Source: the human T2T-CHM13v2.0 reference genome, Homo sapiens
Assembly: GCF_009914755.1 (NCBI RefSeq)
Contig: NC_060947.1
Reading direction: 5' to 3' (one strand)
Length of the DNA stretch: 64,000 nt
A program made the translations under genes and the position numbers. This document shows, one piece after another, positions 38,323-53,120 of the stretch (position 1 is its first letter; each line of letters begins with the position of its first letter). The notes below the pieces were generated by a model. The model saw nothing but the letters and a program-made list of their open reading frames with translations. It was not told where the DNA came from and ran no database searches.

Positions 38323-39749
38323 ATCACATAATTCAACATTTTCATTCTCTAAGGAAACTGGGAACCCAGAAGATGAAACTACCTCAATGTTACACAAATA
38401 GAAGGTAACCAAGTGATACTTAAACCCATGTCTTCCCACAATTCAAAGGTCTTTTAACTGTGGGGTCTGTGCATAGATTCTCAGGACATATGGGGAGCTT
38501 TCTACAAAACTTTCACAATACTCTCATTTCACTGTAAGGATAGTTTAGATCAGCTATATGACTACTTCATAATATAGGACCACGTTGCCAGATTAGTGGC
38601 AAATGTTCTAGTTTTGTTGCCTGGGGATTACAGAAAAGAAGAGAAGCAAACAATATATAAATGTGTTTTGTGCCAAATGAAAGTGAAATAGCATTGCTAT
38701 GTGCTATAATGGCAGGATTTAAAGCAGTTTGAAAACAGCAGTTTGGTGAAGTGCATCAACACAGCATGTGATATTACAGACACGCCACTCAAAAGAAACT
38801 ATAATACTATAATAGTAGTGCCATATTTGCATTTTAGTTATCTATTAACTACTAATTTGTACATCTGCTATGTTTTATAGTTGTATTATAGATGTAGGCA
38901 AACAGATTTCATTCCAGGTTTGTTCATACACTTTAACTTAACAATTATTCCCATAAACCTAAATAGTACATAATAATATTTTTCTTTTACAGAAAACGTT
39001 TAATCAAATATAGCAAAATATTAATTGTAGAATCTAAGCAGTGATTATGTAGGTGCACACTGAATAATTCTTTTCTTGAGAGAAAACCTCCCTACTATCA
39101 AACTTATTATACAGACTTGAGAAACACTGTCTCAAACTAATATCTAATATAAAATATTAAAATTATACTCAACATAATTTCATGTTATTTTAAATTGCTG
39201 ATTAATATGCAATGCACATGACAATGCTGTTAATCAGGGCACTTTTTGTAACAGCACACCAACTTTCTTGACTAAAATTGAAAGGTTAAAAATTATATTT
39301 GGGTTACAATTGCCAAGGAAGACATCTACTCCTTGGGTCTTAAATAGGCACTTTGGAAGGCTAGCTGGAGGTCAGTAAATGAACCTTTCCTATCCCACGT
39401 GTGAACATGCCTTTCCCTTCCTTTCCCACCTCCAGTGTTCTCAGGGTCCTTTAGCTCTTAGAAAAAAACGGAAAGAAGAAATGCATACCCAAGGAACAGC
39501 TTACCTGGCGATATCAGAATAATTTAATCTGAAAATCAATGTCAAAATGTGGATTGAAGTAAATTCTGGTTCTTAAGATAAAGTTTGTTTCTGCAACCTA
39601 TTTTACGTTTCAAAACTGGCAGAAACATTTAGGGCAGAAGGGTCATTTCTAGTTTCAAGAATACCCTACAGCTAAACTCTCCCTAAACTTAACCATAGAA
39701 GCAAATGTCAAACACTCACTACCGTAATATTAACAGAAAAATTTCCCAA

Positions 39750-41045
39750 CCAAGCCAGGTTTCTCACTGTAGAAATGGGAGGTAACAGATAAGCAAGGAG
39801 GTGAGACTATAATGATCCATGTGGCAATGATTAGAGTTGGAGACGTAGGTATAAACACATTTAGTTTAATATAGATACAGATGGTTATATATATTTATAG
39901 CTATGTGCATATACACACGTTAGAATGCAAATATATATCTCCTTGCTCTTGTCAACTGAAAAGGTCTTGAAGGAATGACACTCCAGTAGTAATGAGCGCA
40001 CCTAGCATTCACTTCTTGATTTCTAATATTACTCTCCAATAAAAAGTATCAAGGCTCCTTGCAGAAATACATCATTTTAGGTCCAGGCAGGAGATATGCA
40101 AATGAGTCTGAAGCATGTTGTAGTTCCAAAAATAAGAAAGTGCTCAAACAAAAAACCCACATTCATGGGGTTATATCAAAGCCAAATGAAAGACCTCCCA
40201 ATGGCCAAAGCTGGAACAATTTGAACAACAGAATAAAGTAATACTGTATTATAACCCAGAGTATAAAATATCCCTGAGATCATACTGATATAAATGACTG
40301 AATAAACACAATACATTGTGGAGAAAAGACATCCTGTGCAAAAGAATTCCAAATAATTTATGTAAATACTCTGCCCTCAATGAGGTGGAAGGTAATTTCC
40401 CATTCCTTAAGTGCTGGCTGCACATAGTGACTTCCTATGTGAACAGTATAGTAGGGAAATGGAGAAATAAAGACTAATTTTACGCTGGAGAAACCTGACA
40501 AATAGTACCTCAGACAGGTGATTAAGGATAACATAAACAGTGATAAGTCATGTTGATAGTATGTACTCTTGATAAGTGATAAGAATGGCACTCTACCTTT
40601 GTGGTCTTCCTCCTAAACACTCATAAACCCAATCTAGTCATGAGAAGAACATCAGACAAATTCCAATAGAGAGACATTCTATAGAATACTGGACCATTAG
40701 TCCTCAAAACTGTGAAGTTCATCAAAAACAAAGAGTCTGAGAAACTGTCATTACCAAGAGGAGCCTAAGGAGACATGACTACTAAGGACACATGCAGCGT
40801 GGTATCTTCAATGGGATCCTGGAACACAAAAAGAACATTAAGGAAAAACTAAGGAAATCTGAATAAAATATGGACTCTAGTTAATAATAATGTATCAATA
40901 TTGGTTTGTTGTGACAAATGTACCAAACTAATGTAAAATGTTAACACTGGGAAAAACTGGGTGTGAAGTACACAGAAACTCTATCTTCAGAATCATTCTG
41001 TAAATCTCTACACTGTTCTAACATTAAAAGGTTATTTTTTCTAAA
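39750..41045 (+). mobile_element. L1MC/L1MD-type 3' UTR remnant hosting XIST exon 2
   Basis: ATGGACTCTAGTTAATAATAATGTATCAATATTGG...GTGACAAATGTACC...CAGAAACTCTATC, typical of old L1M 3' ends. Confidence 0.7.
40755..40818 (-). ncRNA. XIST: XIST exon 2 (64 nt)
   Basis: Acceptor TTTTTGTGTTCCAG|GATCCC, donor CTCTTG|GTAATG; length 64. Confidence 0.92.
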
Positions 41046-44000
41046 AATCTCCCAACCAGTTGCTGAAGACTTATAAGACACAGTTTTTAAAAAGCAAGCA
41101 AAATGGAACCTAAGAACTGGTAAGTCTATGTTCCAGATTTTTCTACAGTACGTACCATCATTGTTTGCAGATCTGATCTAAAGACTTACTCTCTTTCTTT
41201 TCTGTTTATATGGATTTATAATAGGTAATTTTGATGTTAAAATATACAAGGCCCAAATAACCAGGTATCCGTAATATCAAAAAGTTATTTTTTAAAAAAA
41301 CATTAGCAATTAAACTTTGTTTTTGTACATCAACAGATTTCCTGGAAAGACCTAGTCAATCTGCTGTAAAAAATAAGTCGTAAGTTAGTAGCTAATTTTC
41401 AGTCAAGGGAGATCTATAAGGCTGGAAAACTTTAATAACATATAGATTGTAGAGTGATTATATCCCATCACTGTTCAATGCCAATCACACTAACAGCATA
41501 CTATAAAATATACTATGCCACTAGTTTTCAAAGCTATGGGTAAAGTAACATAGATAATTTTATAATGGGACCTGGTAAAGTACAGTGATGTTCCAGTCAT
41601 ATCCCTATTTTTAAATTCTTATACGCACTTGATTATGTAATAAGAGGGTATTGCTTGGGTCTACTGCATAACCTCTCATGTTTCCGGGAACACTAGAAGA
41701 CTAGCATTCTAATTGGTTAAGGAAAATAATACTTTAAGTCTACCCATAATTTAAGAAGTCTAGCACCGGTCAAATTTACATTTTGTTTCAGTTTCTCATC
41801 CTAACATGAAAAAAAATAATCAAAAGTTATTTCTAATATAAACATCAAAACAGTAAAGGAGAGGCTTCTTTACCAAACTCATTTGTATAAGATGCAGAAG
41901 AAGCCCAAGCTCCATGTATCAGTACTCAATTTGGAAAGGTCAAGGAAGAGCTATCAAGTAAAGCCTAAGTCACCAACAAAAACATGACCAACTCGACAGC
42001 CTAATACACATATATATAGTGATATATAACTGTACATGGCCACTGAAGTTTAACTTGTTAAATTCAGCAGGCCAGCTATGTCTTAAATACATGAGCTCCA
42101 ACTTGAGTTGGATTTTTGAAGGAAACCTGTGTAAAATGCTACTTGCCTACAGCCCAAAATATGGTAGTGAGAATATCAATTTTCTCCCAATCCAGTCTTT
42201 AAGACAAGGCAGAGGAAGGCATTAGCTCTGTTTAACTGACACATCATTACTCTTTGCCATCCAAACTGATAAGGTTTGGGGGAAGAGAAGAGGCATTAGC
42301 TCAGTTCAGATATAATCATTAGTTTCTTTCTCTTTAAGCTGGTAACGTATTTTTCCAGGATGCTTTCACATATAAGAATATTTTAGCAGTCAACAAAGGT
42401 CAACTCTTAATTCATTACTTTAAGACATGAACTCCCTTCAAGCTGTACATTTGATAATCAGGGCACAAACACCCTGAAAAGAAATTATGAATGCCTAATC
42501 ACAGCAGCCCTGGGTCTCACAGTCTTCTGTAATTTAGGGAGGTGGCTAGAGAAATGGAAGTTACAGAAAGATAAAGCTGAAAGAGGATATGAGAAAATGG
42601 TCAGAAAACTTCCTCCAATCCTACATGTTAAGGTTTTATAAAGGGAAAAGTCAGAAAAGAAATGACAATAATCATTTAAAGAAATGCCAAAAAAGTTTCC
42701 TTCATTAGACTTTTGAAAATTTTCCAAATCACAAAATGTCATTTTCAGGGATTTAGGTATTTGATATAAGCCCCTATCTTATTTCACTAGCAGTCTCGAG
42801 ATGGTCAGATTGATGGTGATCTGAACCAAACTCAGAGCCAGGACTAAAGTCTAAGCATTTCTGCCCAAAACCATAATGATTTCCTTCTGCATCCTCCATA
42901 AGAAAGCAAATTCCTTGATATAAATCCTGTCTTTGGTTTTGCTATTTATTCCAGCACCTGGTACAATAATATTTGTTGAACTAACACAAGAATTATCTCT
43001 ATTTTGAAGATGCCCACATTTCCAGAGCATCCCTTTTTACAATTGCTAGAGATTTTTCTTAAGGGTGGAAATTATTTCAAGCAATGAATTTAAATACAGC
43101 TTCAAGATTCACCTTTGGATGCTATCTAGTATAATCAATCCACCTAAAATCAAGCCATCCTTCCTCTTGACTTAAGGTACAGAATCACCTCCAAATTCAT
43201 TCATTTAAAACAAATTCCAATAATAATTATAATTGTATGTTGACAATGAATGACAATTTAATTACCAATAGAAGATTTCATAAGCATAGACCAGGGTTTC
43301 TCAAATTGGGGTGATAACCCTGGGGATTTGTGAATATATTCTAATGGATCCCCAAGTTCTACATAAGTTATATAAAACACATCTTTGACAAAGACAACGT
43401 GAAATTGGAAAACATATTTACATTTCAAATATCTTTGTTAAGTCAGTGTTCCTCAAAACACATTTTTTTAGGATCTCAGAAAATTTTGTTCCTTTAGAAG
43501 GTGTTTCATCATGAAGCATTACTTGGGTTTGAGAAACAATGGCACAGACCATGTTTCCAAGAAGGTTCAAGACCATGATGTATATAACCCTCAGTCAGCC
43601 AGACAATGTTGTTAAGCATATGGAGTGGGGCTGGGAGGCATGGAAACAAGCCCTGAGGAAATATGGATATGAATTAAAACGGGCTATAAGTGAAGCCAGT
43701 TCACTTATATGGTTCTTGTTGCTCCTGCTGTGATGCATGAATGTGCACCAGAAAAAAAGTTTCGAATGTTATGTTAAACAATATTTTGTCAGCTGGAAAA
43801 CATTAAGGAGGCTAAGCTTCTTTTAGCTTTACGAAAGGTGGGAGGAAAGAAGGTATATAAACTACAGCATAAAGTAGGCAAGGAAGGTCAAGGTTTTGAC
43901 TTCACTTCTCCACTACCCTCTTGGCAAAAAGGTTCCAAACTTAAAAAGTATCTACGATATGCATTATCCATGGTCATCTGTTCTTGGGCAGAAATGTAGT

Positions 44001-47000
44001 AAAATTGTGGAAGGAGCCGAAGTATTAGATTTATGCCCTCAATCTCTGAACTTTAAAATACTCAAGCTTATGAGATTTAGCAATCACTAATTTGCCAACC
44101 TTCGCAAATAGCCAAACACAATGGCTATGCTCTATCCCTTTCATCTCTTTCCATGGCTCCAAAAGAGGTAAAAAACAAATGAAATTAAAATAAACCAACT
44201 GGACTATCCAGATGGCTGCAATATTAATCCTATCTTGGCTTAAAGAGAAAAAGCAAACCCACTTCCTTAAGTTTATTCTATCAACTTCAAATCCTTGTGG
44301 GTTCCCTTCCTAAAACTACTACTTATGATTCACACAAAACAGCACTTATTATTTTCTAAAGTTATTTCAAATGTGCTCACATTAGCTCCTCAACGATAAA
44401 ATCATCTCAGGAATGAAATTATATAGGATGATATCATTCCTACCCAGGTTATCAGTGTAACCTAGCATAGAGCTGGGTCCACAATATTAATTCTACAGTT
44501 CTGCTGGTTAACTCACATATGTGTATTTATGCATGTATGTATGTATCTATTTCTCTCTCTATATATATATATTGCAGATGAGGTGGGAAGAAGGAAAGAA
44601 ACTTACTGGACCCTCTGACTTTTCTATAGGTGGCATCTAAGAGAAAGAAAATAGAATAGGAAAAAGATTACTTAATAGCTACGAAGTAGTACTTACAGTA
44701 TTCTAAAGAGCCAGAGACTCTTCTTTACAGCTGTCCGAGGAGCTAGTAGGGCAAACTGCTCCCTGAGCTGGGCCGATCTTTTGACATCCTTCTCCGAGAA
44801 ACAATATTCTTTTTCAGTTATTACAAAGAACTGCTGTTGTGATGACTAGTTATTTGCTTGAGCAGTTCCATATTACATAATCCTGTGCCACAAAACACCC
44901 TGTACACTAGTGGCTGGGATATTATTCATTTCCACTAGGCAGCTATCTCACTGTTGAAATTTATATCCAAAAGAATATTTAATTTTGGCTTATTTTTCTT
45001 ATAAAATAGGGAACTCGTCTTATCATTTTTAAGTCCTCACCTCAGTGTGGTACTTCAAACTACTTCAAATTATTACTATAATTAAATGCTTCATTTTATA
45101 TAATAATTAATAAAAAAGGTGGCATATGCTTTTTAAAAGCACCTCTGCATATGTTCCCTCATTTAATCGTTTTACTGCAATCTTCTTGAAATAAGTAGGG
45201 GCAGGTGCTCCAGATGAAGAAATTAAAGGATTATAAAATTTAGGTAGTTTTTCTAAAAGTGAATGCTGGTAAAGCCCACACAAAGATACTGGTCTTAAGA
45301 GTTCCACTCTAGAATATCTTTGATATTAAAATAGCAAGAGTCAGTGTTCTATCCACAGACCCACCACCCTCAGTTAAAATGAGAGACACTGGTCACCAGG
45401 TACATAGTATAAATGGATATTTTGGCTTCAAAAAAATAATGACCAGGTTATCGAGTCCACCCTACAATCCAGATGTCTTTCTTAAAAAAATTTTTTTAAT
45501 AATAATAAGCAATTTTTCTGGCTGTATCCTGGCATTTGGCACTTTACAATAACAATATACAAAGGGGACAACAAGAGATTCTTAACCAGGCAATCTGCTC
45601 TGGAAAGAAGAATGCAGAGAAAGTGCCAACCTTCCTTCCTGGGGAGACAATTTTATAGTGTACACTGGAAACACAAAATAAAGGATGGCAATCCAGCTCC
45701 CTGGGTCTGACTTGCCTTCAGTATTTTGCACAGTAAAGCAGTAACACAGGTGGGCAAGAATGGTTCTTGTCCCCAGAATCTGACAATAATTGAAACTAGG
45801 ATCATTAATAAATGAAAGAAAATGAGTGAAGGCTTATCCACCTAGTTCAGGCCTGCTTTTCATAGTCAACACTGCACCAACACACCAAAGTGGTAGGGAG
45901 ATCTTGGACTGATGGGCTGAAAAATGGGACAATCAGTACTGTGTTTATTAATAACACAGAAGGGGCTTTGGGTAGTCAGCATACTCAGAAGCAATGCGAA
46001 AGGAAGTAGAGGGGTTCATGTATAATGGGTGGGACCAAGGAAAGTGCAACTGAGAATTGTTTAAGTCCAAGAGAAAGGGCCTTGTCTGGTCAACATTACC
46101 CAGCAAAGAGGCAAAAGGGGCAGGGCAGAGGGAAGGGAAGAGGGAGACAGCACAATCTTACCTAATAGCTGCAAATATGGACACCTGAGATTGTGAGCAA
46201 TAGTCTGTAAAAAGGGGCCAAGGGCACACAAGGGGCAGAGAGAGGGAAGACTTCGTATATAAAGCATGACACCATGGCTACCTGTGATTTTACACACTGG
46301 CGCAATGCAAAAGGGTTGGGAGTATGGACCACTGTTTGATAGACAAGTGCATGGAATACTCCAATGCTTATACTTTATTATGCCATGGGAAACTAAGGGT
46401 GGGGTGGGGCGCTTGCTTAACAAGGTCAGGGAGGGAGAAAACCATTGATAACTGCCATTGTGCCTATTAACAGTCCCAGGAGAAGTTTTGAGTAGTCAGC
46501 AGCCCCTGCAGTAATGCAAAGGGGATACTAGGGCATAATATCCCACTCTACCAGAAGGAGACATATATAATTGCAAATATTCACATTAACAGTACAAGGG
46601 GCCTTAGTGGGTCAGTACCCCCGATGTAAGCAACGAGGAAGCAGGAGTCTTATCTAATGATCAGTGCCCTTGATAATTGTTATTAATGCTATTAATTGTC
46701 CAAGAGCTGAGATTATGAGTAGTTAACACTTCTCAGCAGCAATCCAAAGGGTAATGGGAGGAACATAGGGTCTTTTTCTCCTACACAGGTCCACAAATAC
46801 AATTATGACATTAATATTAAAAGAAAAGGGTTCATTCATAATTAACATGCCCCTGATGCAAGGGGAATATGTGGAGATCAACTCTTAGTCTAAAAGAAGA
46901 GGTGGACAATTGCATTAATGCATATTAAGTCCAAAAGAAGGGGCACTTAGTGAATATCATCCCCCTGCTCTAAAGCAAAGGTGGTACAGGAACATGCTTA

Positions 47001-47739
47001 GAGAATTGAGTTTGTGCACATGAACATTCCAAGTGACAGTCTTGAGTAGTGGGCACTACCTGCTAAAAACACTAAGAAAGTAGGTAGGATCCTTATCTAG
47101 TGCACAGATCAGGAGCAAATGTAATTGCACATATTAACAGTCCAAAACAACAGGACTTTGGTTGATCAGGACACCCTGTTGTACTACAAAGGAAAGGTGA
47201 TGGGGTATGACCTTAATCTACTGACAAAGACAAAAGAAAATTTCAATTATATGTTGATAGTCCACCAGAAGGGGCCTTGGAGGGAAACAGTATACCCCAC
47301 AGTAATGCAAAAGAGGTATAATGGTCCTAGAAGTGATAGGGTTGTGGACAACTGCAATTATTCACATTAACTGTTCAAATGTAAAGATCATAAGGAGTGG
47401 GCACCCACTATTGAAAAGAGGTGGGGCATCCTTGTCTAGGGCACAAGAACCAACATAAATGCAATTATGCATGTCAACAAGCCAAGAAAAGGGGACTTAG
47501 GGGGTCAGCAACCCTGGTATACTGCAAATGGAGGGTGAGAAGGTAGAACTTTGTTTAATTAGGATGAACCATGTGGTGATTACATACATTAATGTCCAAG
47601 GGACATTGTTGTGGTCAATTAAAACCATGTACTTTGGACAAATATAAGAATCTTAAAAAGTAGTGGGTACTCCTTGTTGAAAAGCAAAGGGAGTCCATGA
47701 GAAGGTGCCCTTATCTAGTACACAAGAATATAGACAAGC

Positions 47740-50090
47740 CAAGCAAAGAGGCCTCAGTGATCAGCACCCCAGCTATACTGCAAAGGGGGTCTGAGAGTAG
47801 GACTTTATTCAAATAGGATAAGCCATGTGCAGTTATGCACATAAATTTCCAAGATGCATGGTTGTGGTCACTTACAATTGTGCACCTTGATTGTCCAAAT
47901 GTAAGGGTCTTATGGAGTGAGCACTCCCTGCTGGGAGGAAAAGAAAGATTATGCGTAGATGGGATGGGGCAGAGGAGGCTTCCTTGTCTAGTACACAGAA
48001 ACCTGGACAAATATAATCACACACATAACAGGCCAGGAAAATGGGCCTTGGTTATCAGCACCCCTGCTGTACTGCAAAAGGGGTCTGAGAGTAAGGCCTT
48101 ATTCAGATGAGATAGGCCGTGTGCAGTTACACACATTATTGACCAAGGTGCATGGCTGCGGTCACTTAGAATTGTGCACCTTGACTGTCCAAATGTAAGG
48201 TTCTTATGGAGCTGGCACTCCCTGCCAGAAGGGAAAGGAAGATTGAGGGTGGGGTGGGGCAGGGGAGGCTTCCATGTCTTATACACTGGAACCCAGACAA
48301 ATATAATCACATACGTTAACAGGCCAGGAAGAGGGGCCTTGGTTATCAGCACACCTACTGTACTGCAAAAGGGGTCTGAGAGTAGGACCTTATTCAGATG
48401 GGATGGGCCATGTGCAGTTACACACATTTATGTCCAAGGTGCATGGTTGTGGTCACATACAATTGTGCACCTTGACTGTCCAAATGTAAGGGTCTTATGG
48501 AGCGGGTACTTCCTGCCAGAAGGGAAAGGAAGATTGGGGGTGGAGTGTGGCAGGGGAGGCTTCCATGTCTATTACACAGGAACTGGAACAAATATAATCA
48601 CACACATAACAGGCCAGGAAAAGGGGCCTTGGTGATCAGCACCCCTGCTGTACTGCAAAAAGGGTCTGAGAGTAGGACCTTATTCAGATGGGATGGGCCA
48701 TGTGCAGTTATGCACATTCATGTCCAAGGTGAGTGCCTATGCTCACTTACAATTGTGCACCTTGATTGTCCAAATGTAAGGGTATATGGAGTGGACACTC
48801 CCTGGTGGAAGGGAAAGGAAGATTGGAGGTGGGGTGTGGCAGGGGAGGCTTTCATGTCTATTACACAGAAACTGGGATAAATATAATCACACACATAACA
48901 GGCCAAGAAAAAGGGCCTTGGTGATTCAGTACCCCTGCTGTACTGCAAAGGGCATCTGAGAGTAGGACCTTATTCAGATGGGATGGGCCATGTGCAGTTA
49001 CGCACATTAATGTCCAATAATGTCCAAGGTGCATGGCTGTGGTCACTTATAATTGTGCACCTTGATTGTCCAAATGTAATGATCTTATGGAGGGGGCACT
49101 CCCTGCTGGAAGGGAAAGGAAGACTGGGAGTGGGGGTGGGGGCGGGGGGAAGGCTTCCTTGTCTAATACACAGGAACCCAGACAAATATAATCACGCACA
49201 TAACAGGCCAAGAAAAGGGGCCTTGGTGATCAGCACCCCTGCTGTACTGCAAAAGGGGTCTGAGAGTAGGACCTTATTCAGATGGAATGGGCAAAGTGGT
49301 TATGCACATTAATGTCCAAGGTGTATGCCTGTGGTCACTTACAACTGTGCACCTTGATTGTCCAAACGTAAGCGTCTTATGGAGAGGGCACTCCCTGCCG
49401 GAAGGGAAAGGAAGATTGGGGGTGGAGTGTGGCAGGGGAGGCTTCCATGTCTAATACACAGGAACCGGGACAAACATAATCACACGCATACCAGGCCAGG
49501 AAAAAGGGCCTTGGTGATCAGCACCCCTGCTGTACTGCAAAAGGGGTCTGAGAGTAGGATTTTATTCAGATAGGTTGAGCTGTGTGTAGTTATGCAAATC
49601 CATGTCTAAGGTGCATGGTTGTGTTCACTTAACAATTACGCACCTTGACTGTCCAAATGTGAGAGTCTTATGGAGTGGGCACTCCCTGCTGGAAGGGAAA
49701 GGTGAGACTGAGGTATGTGGAGAGGACCCTCCTTTTCTAGTGCATAGGATCCCAGACGATTATAATCACACACAACATGCCAAGAAAAGGGGACTGCGTT
49801 ATCAGCAACCCTTCTGTATTGCAAAAGGGGTCGGAGAGTAGGACCTTATTCACATGGAATGAGCAGTGTGCGATTACGCACATAAATGTCCAAGATGCAT
49901 GCTTGTGGTCACTTACAATTGTGCACCTAGACTCTCCAAATAAAAGGGTCTTATGGGGTGGGCACTTCCTGCTGGAAGGGAAAAGTGGGGATGAGGGGAG
50001 CACTTTCCTTCTCTAGTGCATAGCAACCTCGACAAATACAATCACACATATTGGGAGGCCAAGAAATGGGGCCTTAGGTGTCACCAACCA
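47740..50090 (-). repeat. XIST repeat D core (~8 units of ~290 bp)
   Basis: Anchor AATTGTGCACCTTGA(C/T)TGTCCAAA or close variants at 47876, 48170, 48461, 48751, 49051, 49343, 49634 and 49917 (spacings 294, 291, 290, 300, 292, 291, 283). Confidence 0.95.
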
Positions 50091-50688
50091 TGCTGTCCTT
50101 CAAAAGGAAGGATACTGATGTAATTGTCATTAGGCACATTAACAGTTTGAGAAAGGGGCCTTAAGTGAATAGTACCCCATGCAATAAAGCAAAGAGGGTG
50201 TGATAGGTCAGAAACCCAAGTCTAATTGAAGGACCATTGACAACTGCAATTACATGCCATCTACAGTTCGAAGAGAAGGGCTTAATATTGATTAGCACTC
50301 TCTGCTTTGATAAGTACAGGAGTCCTGATAAAAGGCACAACTGTATGCAACTGAAAATGTGTATATAACACCTAAGATTATGCACGCTAACTTTACTAGT
50401 CTAAGGGTCTTAAGTAGTAGGTACTTCCAGCTGGGATGTAAATACAGTGGGTGGGGTCCTTACATGGTAAAAAAGTACAGCAGCAAATATAAGTATGCAC
50501 ATTAACAGTCCAAGAGAGTGAATTCAGGCTAGTTAGAAGCTCCTGCAGTAATGCAAATGGAGCAAGGAAGCGGGATTCTACTCTAACATAGGGGCACATC
50601 AACTACTGCTAATTATGCGCATTTAAGCAGTATAAGAGAAGAAGCACTAGCTAGTTAGCACTCCTGCTGCTTTGCCAAGGAGGTGTGA

Positions 50689-50850
<162 letters not shown>

Positions 50851-52964
50851 TAATAGAAATTCAAGAAAGACTTTAGGAAATCAGTACCCCCTTCTATGAT
50901 GCTGAGAAGTCAAGATATTAGCTTGATATAAAAGCTAGATATTAGCTTGATATAAAAGACTCAGTTCTAATCAATTAGACATTTGAAATGTCTTAGACAA
51001 TTGAAATCAATTAGGCAATTGAAAATATGCACATTAAGAGTCATGGATAATTAGAAATACACATTAAGAGTCCCAAGAGAAGGACTCTGGGTTTCCAGCA
51101 TCCCTTTCTATAATGTAAAAGGGGTAGAATATAGGTTTAAAGGGAGAGACCATGAACATTGGAATTTTGCACATTCATAGTCCCAGGGAAAGGTAACATA
51201 GGTAATTAATATCCCTTGCTGTAAAACAAGGAGGATAAAATGGATCTGATCTGAAAGACATTGTTGTGATCAGTTGCCATGGTTCACATTAACTATCCTA
51301 GTGCAAAGGTCTTGACTAGAGGTCATCCACTGCTGAACACTAGGGAAGTGAGTGGGGTCTTTAGTGCACAGGAAGAGGGACAAATGCAAGTAGCACATTA
51401 ACAGTACAAAAGAAATGTCCTTGTGATTAGCACCCTCTACTGTAATGCTAAGAGGGTGTGAGCAGTTGGGATCTTAATTTAATGGAAAAGACCATAATTG
51501 CAATTATGCGCATTAACAGTCCCAAGTACCCCCTGCTGTAAGACAAAAGGAATATGAGGGGATGAGACCCCAGACTAACAGCAGATAGGGAAATTGCATT
51601 TTGCACATCAATAATTTCTGGAGGAGGGGCATTAGGTAACCAGCACCCTCTTGATGTAAAGCAAAGATGATGCAGGGACCTTGATATAAAAGACTCAGTT
51701 CTAATCAATTAGGATTGTGCACATAAACTGTCCTAGTACAGAGGTCTTGAGTAGTAAGGGTCCCCTGCTGGAATACAAAGGGAGTGGAAGGGTTAGTGCA
51801 CAAGATCGTGGACAAATACAATTATGAACATCAATGCACAAGAAGAGTCCTTGGGTGATCAGCCCACATTGTAGCGTGCAAATAGGATACAGAGTCCCTT
51901 TCTAATGGACAGGACTCTGGACAATTGCAACTGTGCAAATTAACTGTTCAAGAGCTGTTATTGAATAATCTGCACTCGTTAGCAACATCCCACAGAAGGT
52001 GGGATGGGGTGAGAATCCATTTTTATTGCACAGAACCATGAATATATGCAATTATGCATATCAACTGTTTAAGAGAAGGAAACTTGGGTAGTCAGAACTC
52101 AGCAGCAATGGCAAAGAGGACATCCTAGACTAATGAGTGGGACTATGGGCAATTAGTGTTTTACATATTAATGCAAGGTGGTAGGTAGTTCACACTATCT
52201 AGGAGCAATGATAAAGGCATACACATAAGTGGGTCTTCTCTGTTACGCAGAACCATGAATAATTACTATTGTATCCATTAATATTCCAAGGGAAGGGGCT
52301 CTAAGAATGAGTCAGTCCCACTGCTGTTATGCAAAGATGTTTGCAAAGGCCATAGTGTAACTAACAGAACTATGGATAATTGGGATTTTACTCAATAATT
52401 TAAGAAACTCTTAAATCTCAGGTAGTCAGCGCTGCCTCAAGGCAAATGCAAGGGCGACTGGTAGTCTTCATGATTAATGGGTGAGACAATTAGCAATTAC
52501 TACTTTGTTCTTTAATTGTCCAAGAACAGCAGGATTCTCCAGAAGCACAGCAAAAAGCGCAGTAGGGTGCCTTTGTTTAATAGGCAAAGCTATGACAATT
52601 GGGACTGAGCATTTTAACTGTCCAACAAAAGACGGGTTGTCTGCGACCCCCTGCTGAATGCAAATGGGGTTCAGAGTGCTGTCTAATCCAATGGGTAGGA
52701 TTATTGGCAATTAGAATTTTACTCAATGCAAAGAGTTTTAGGTGGCCAACACAGTACACAAGAAAAGATCACTACTCAAAATTGGGACTGTGACTACAGA
52801 AGCAATGACAGAGAAATGGTTTCTCCTTTAAGGGCAGGGGATCGAGAAAATGATAAGTAACTCAAATTGTGGGCAATAATGCTCTGATAGAAAGCTCTCA
52901 ATTGACATTCCCTAACTTCAACGTACCGAGTAAGGAAATTCTTTGTCCTGAGATCACAGACAAA

Positions 52965-53035
52965 TGGGATTGTATGCATTAACTGAAAATGGTCAAGGAG
53001 TCAGTACTGAAGATCAGCAATGCCAAGGGTAAACG
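52965..53035 (-). repeat. XIST repeat C homologue (single partial copy in human)
   Basis: Position immediately 3' of repeat B in the RNA, matching the recalled location; not itself a perfect tandem here. Confidence 0.5.
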
Positions 53036-53120
53036 GAATATCCCAGTATAATAGGATAAGCAATGGACAACTTATTTTGAGCACTGAATCAATGAAAATT
53101 AGAGTGACTTTCGAGAGAAG

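Noticed and set aside
41159-41172. Possible Sox-Oct composite site in intron 1 (CATTGTTTGCAGAT)
   Set aside because: Two mismatches to the compressed motif, both in the octamer half; too weak to equate with the mouse intron 1 pluripotency element.
47711-50016. Many overlapping ORFs up to 153 aa with repeated peptides (VHLDCPNVR, ALVISTPAVLQKG)
   Set aside because: They are translations of repeat D on both strands, with frequent stops and no coding signature; XIST is a nuclear non-coding RNA.
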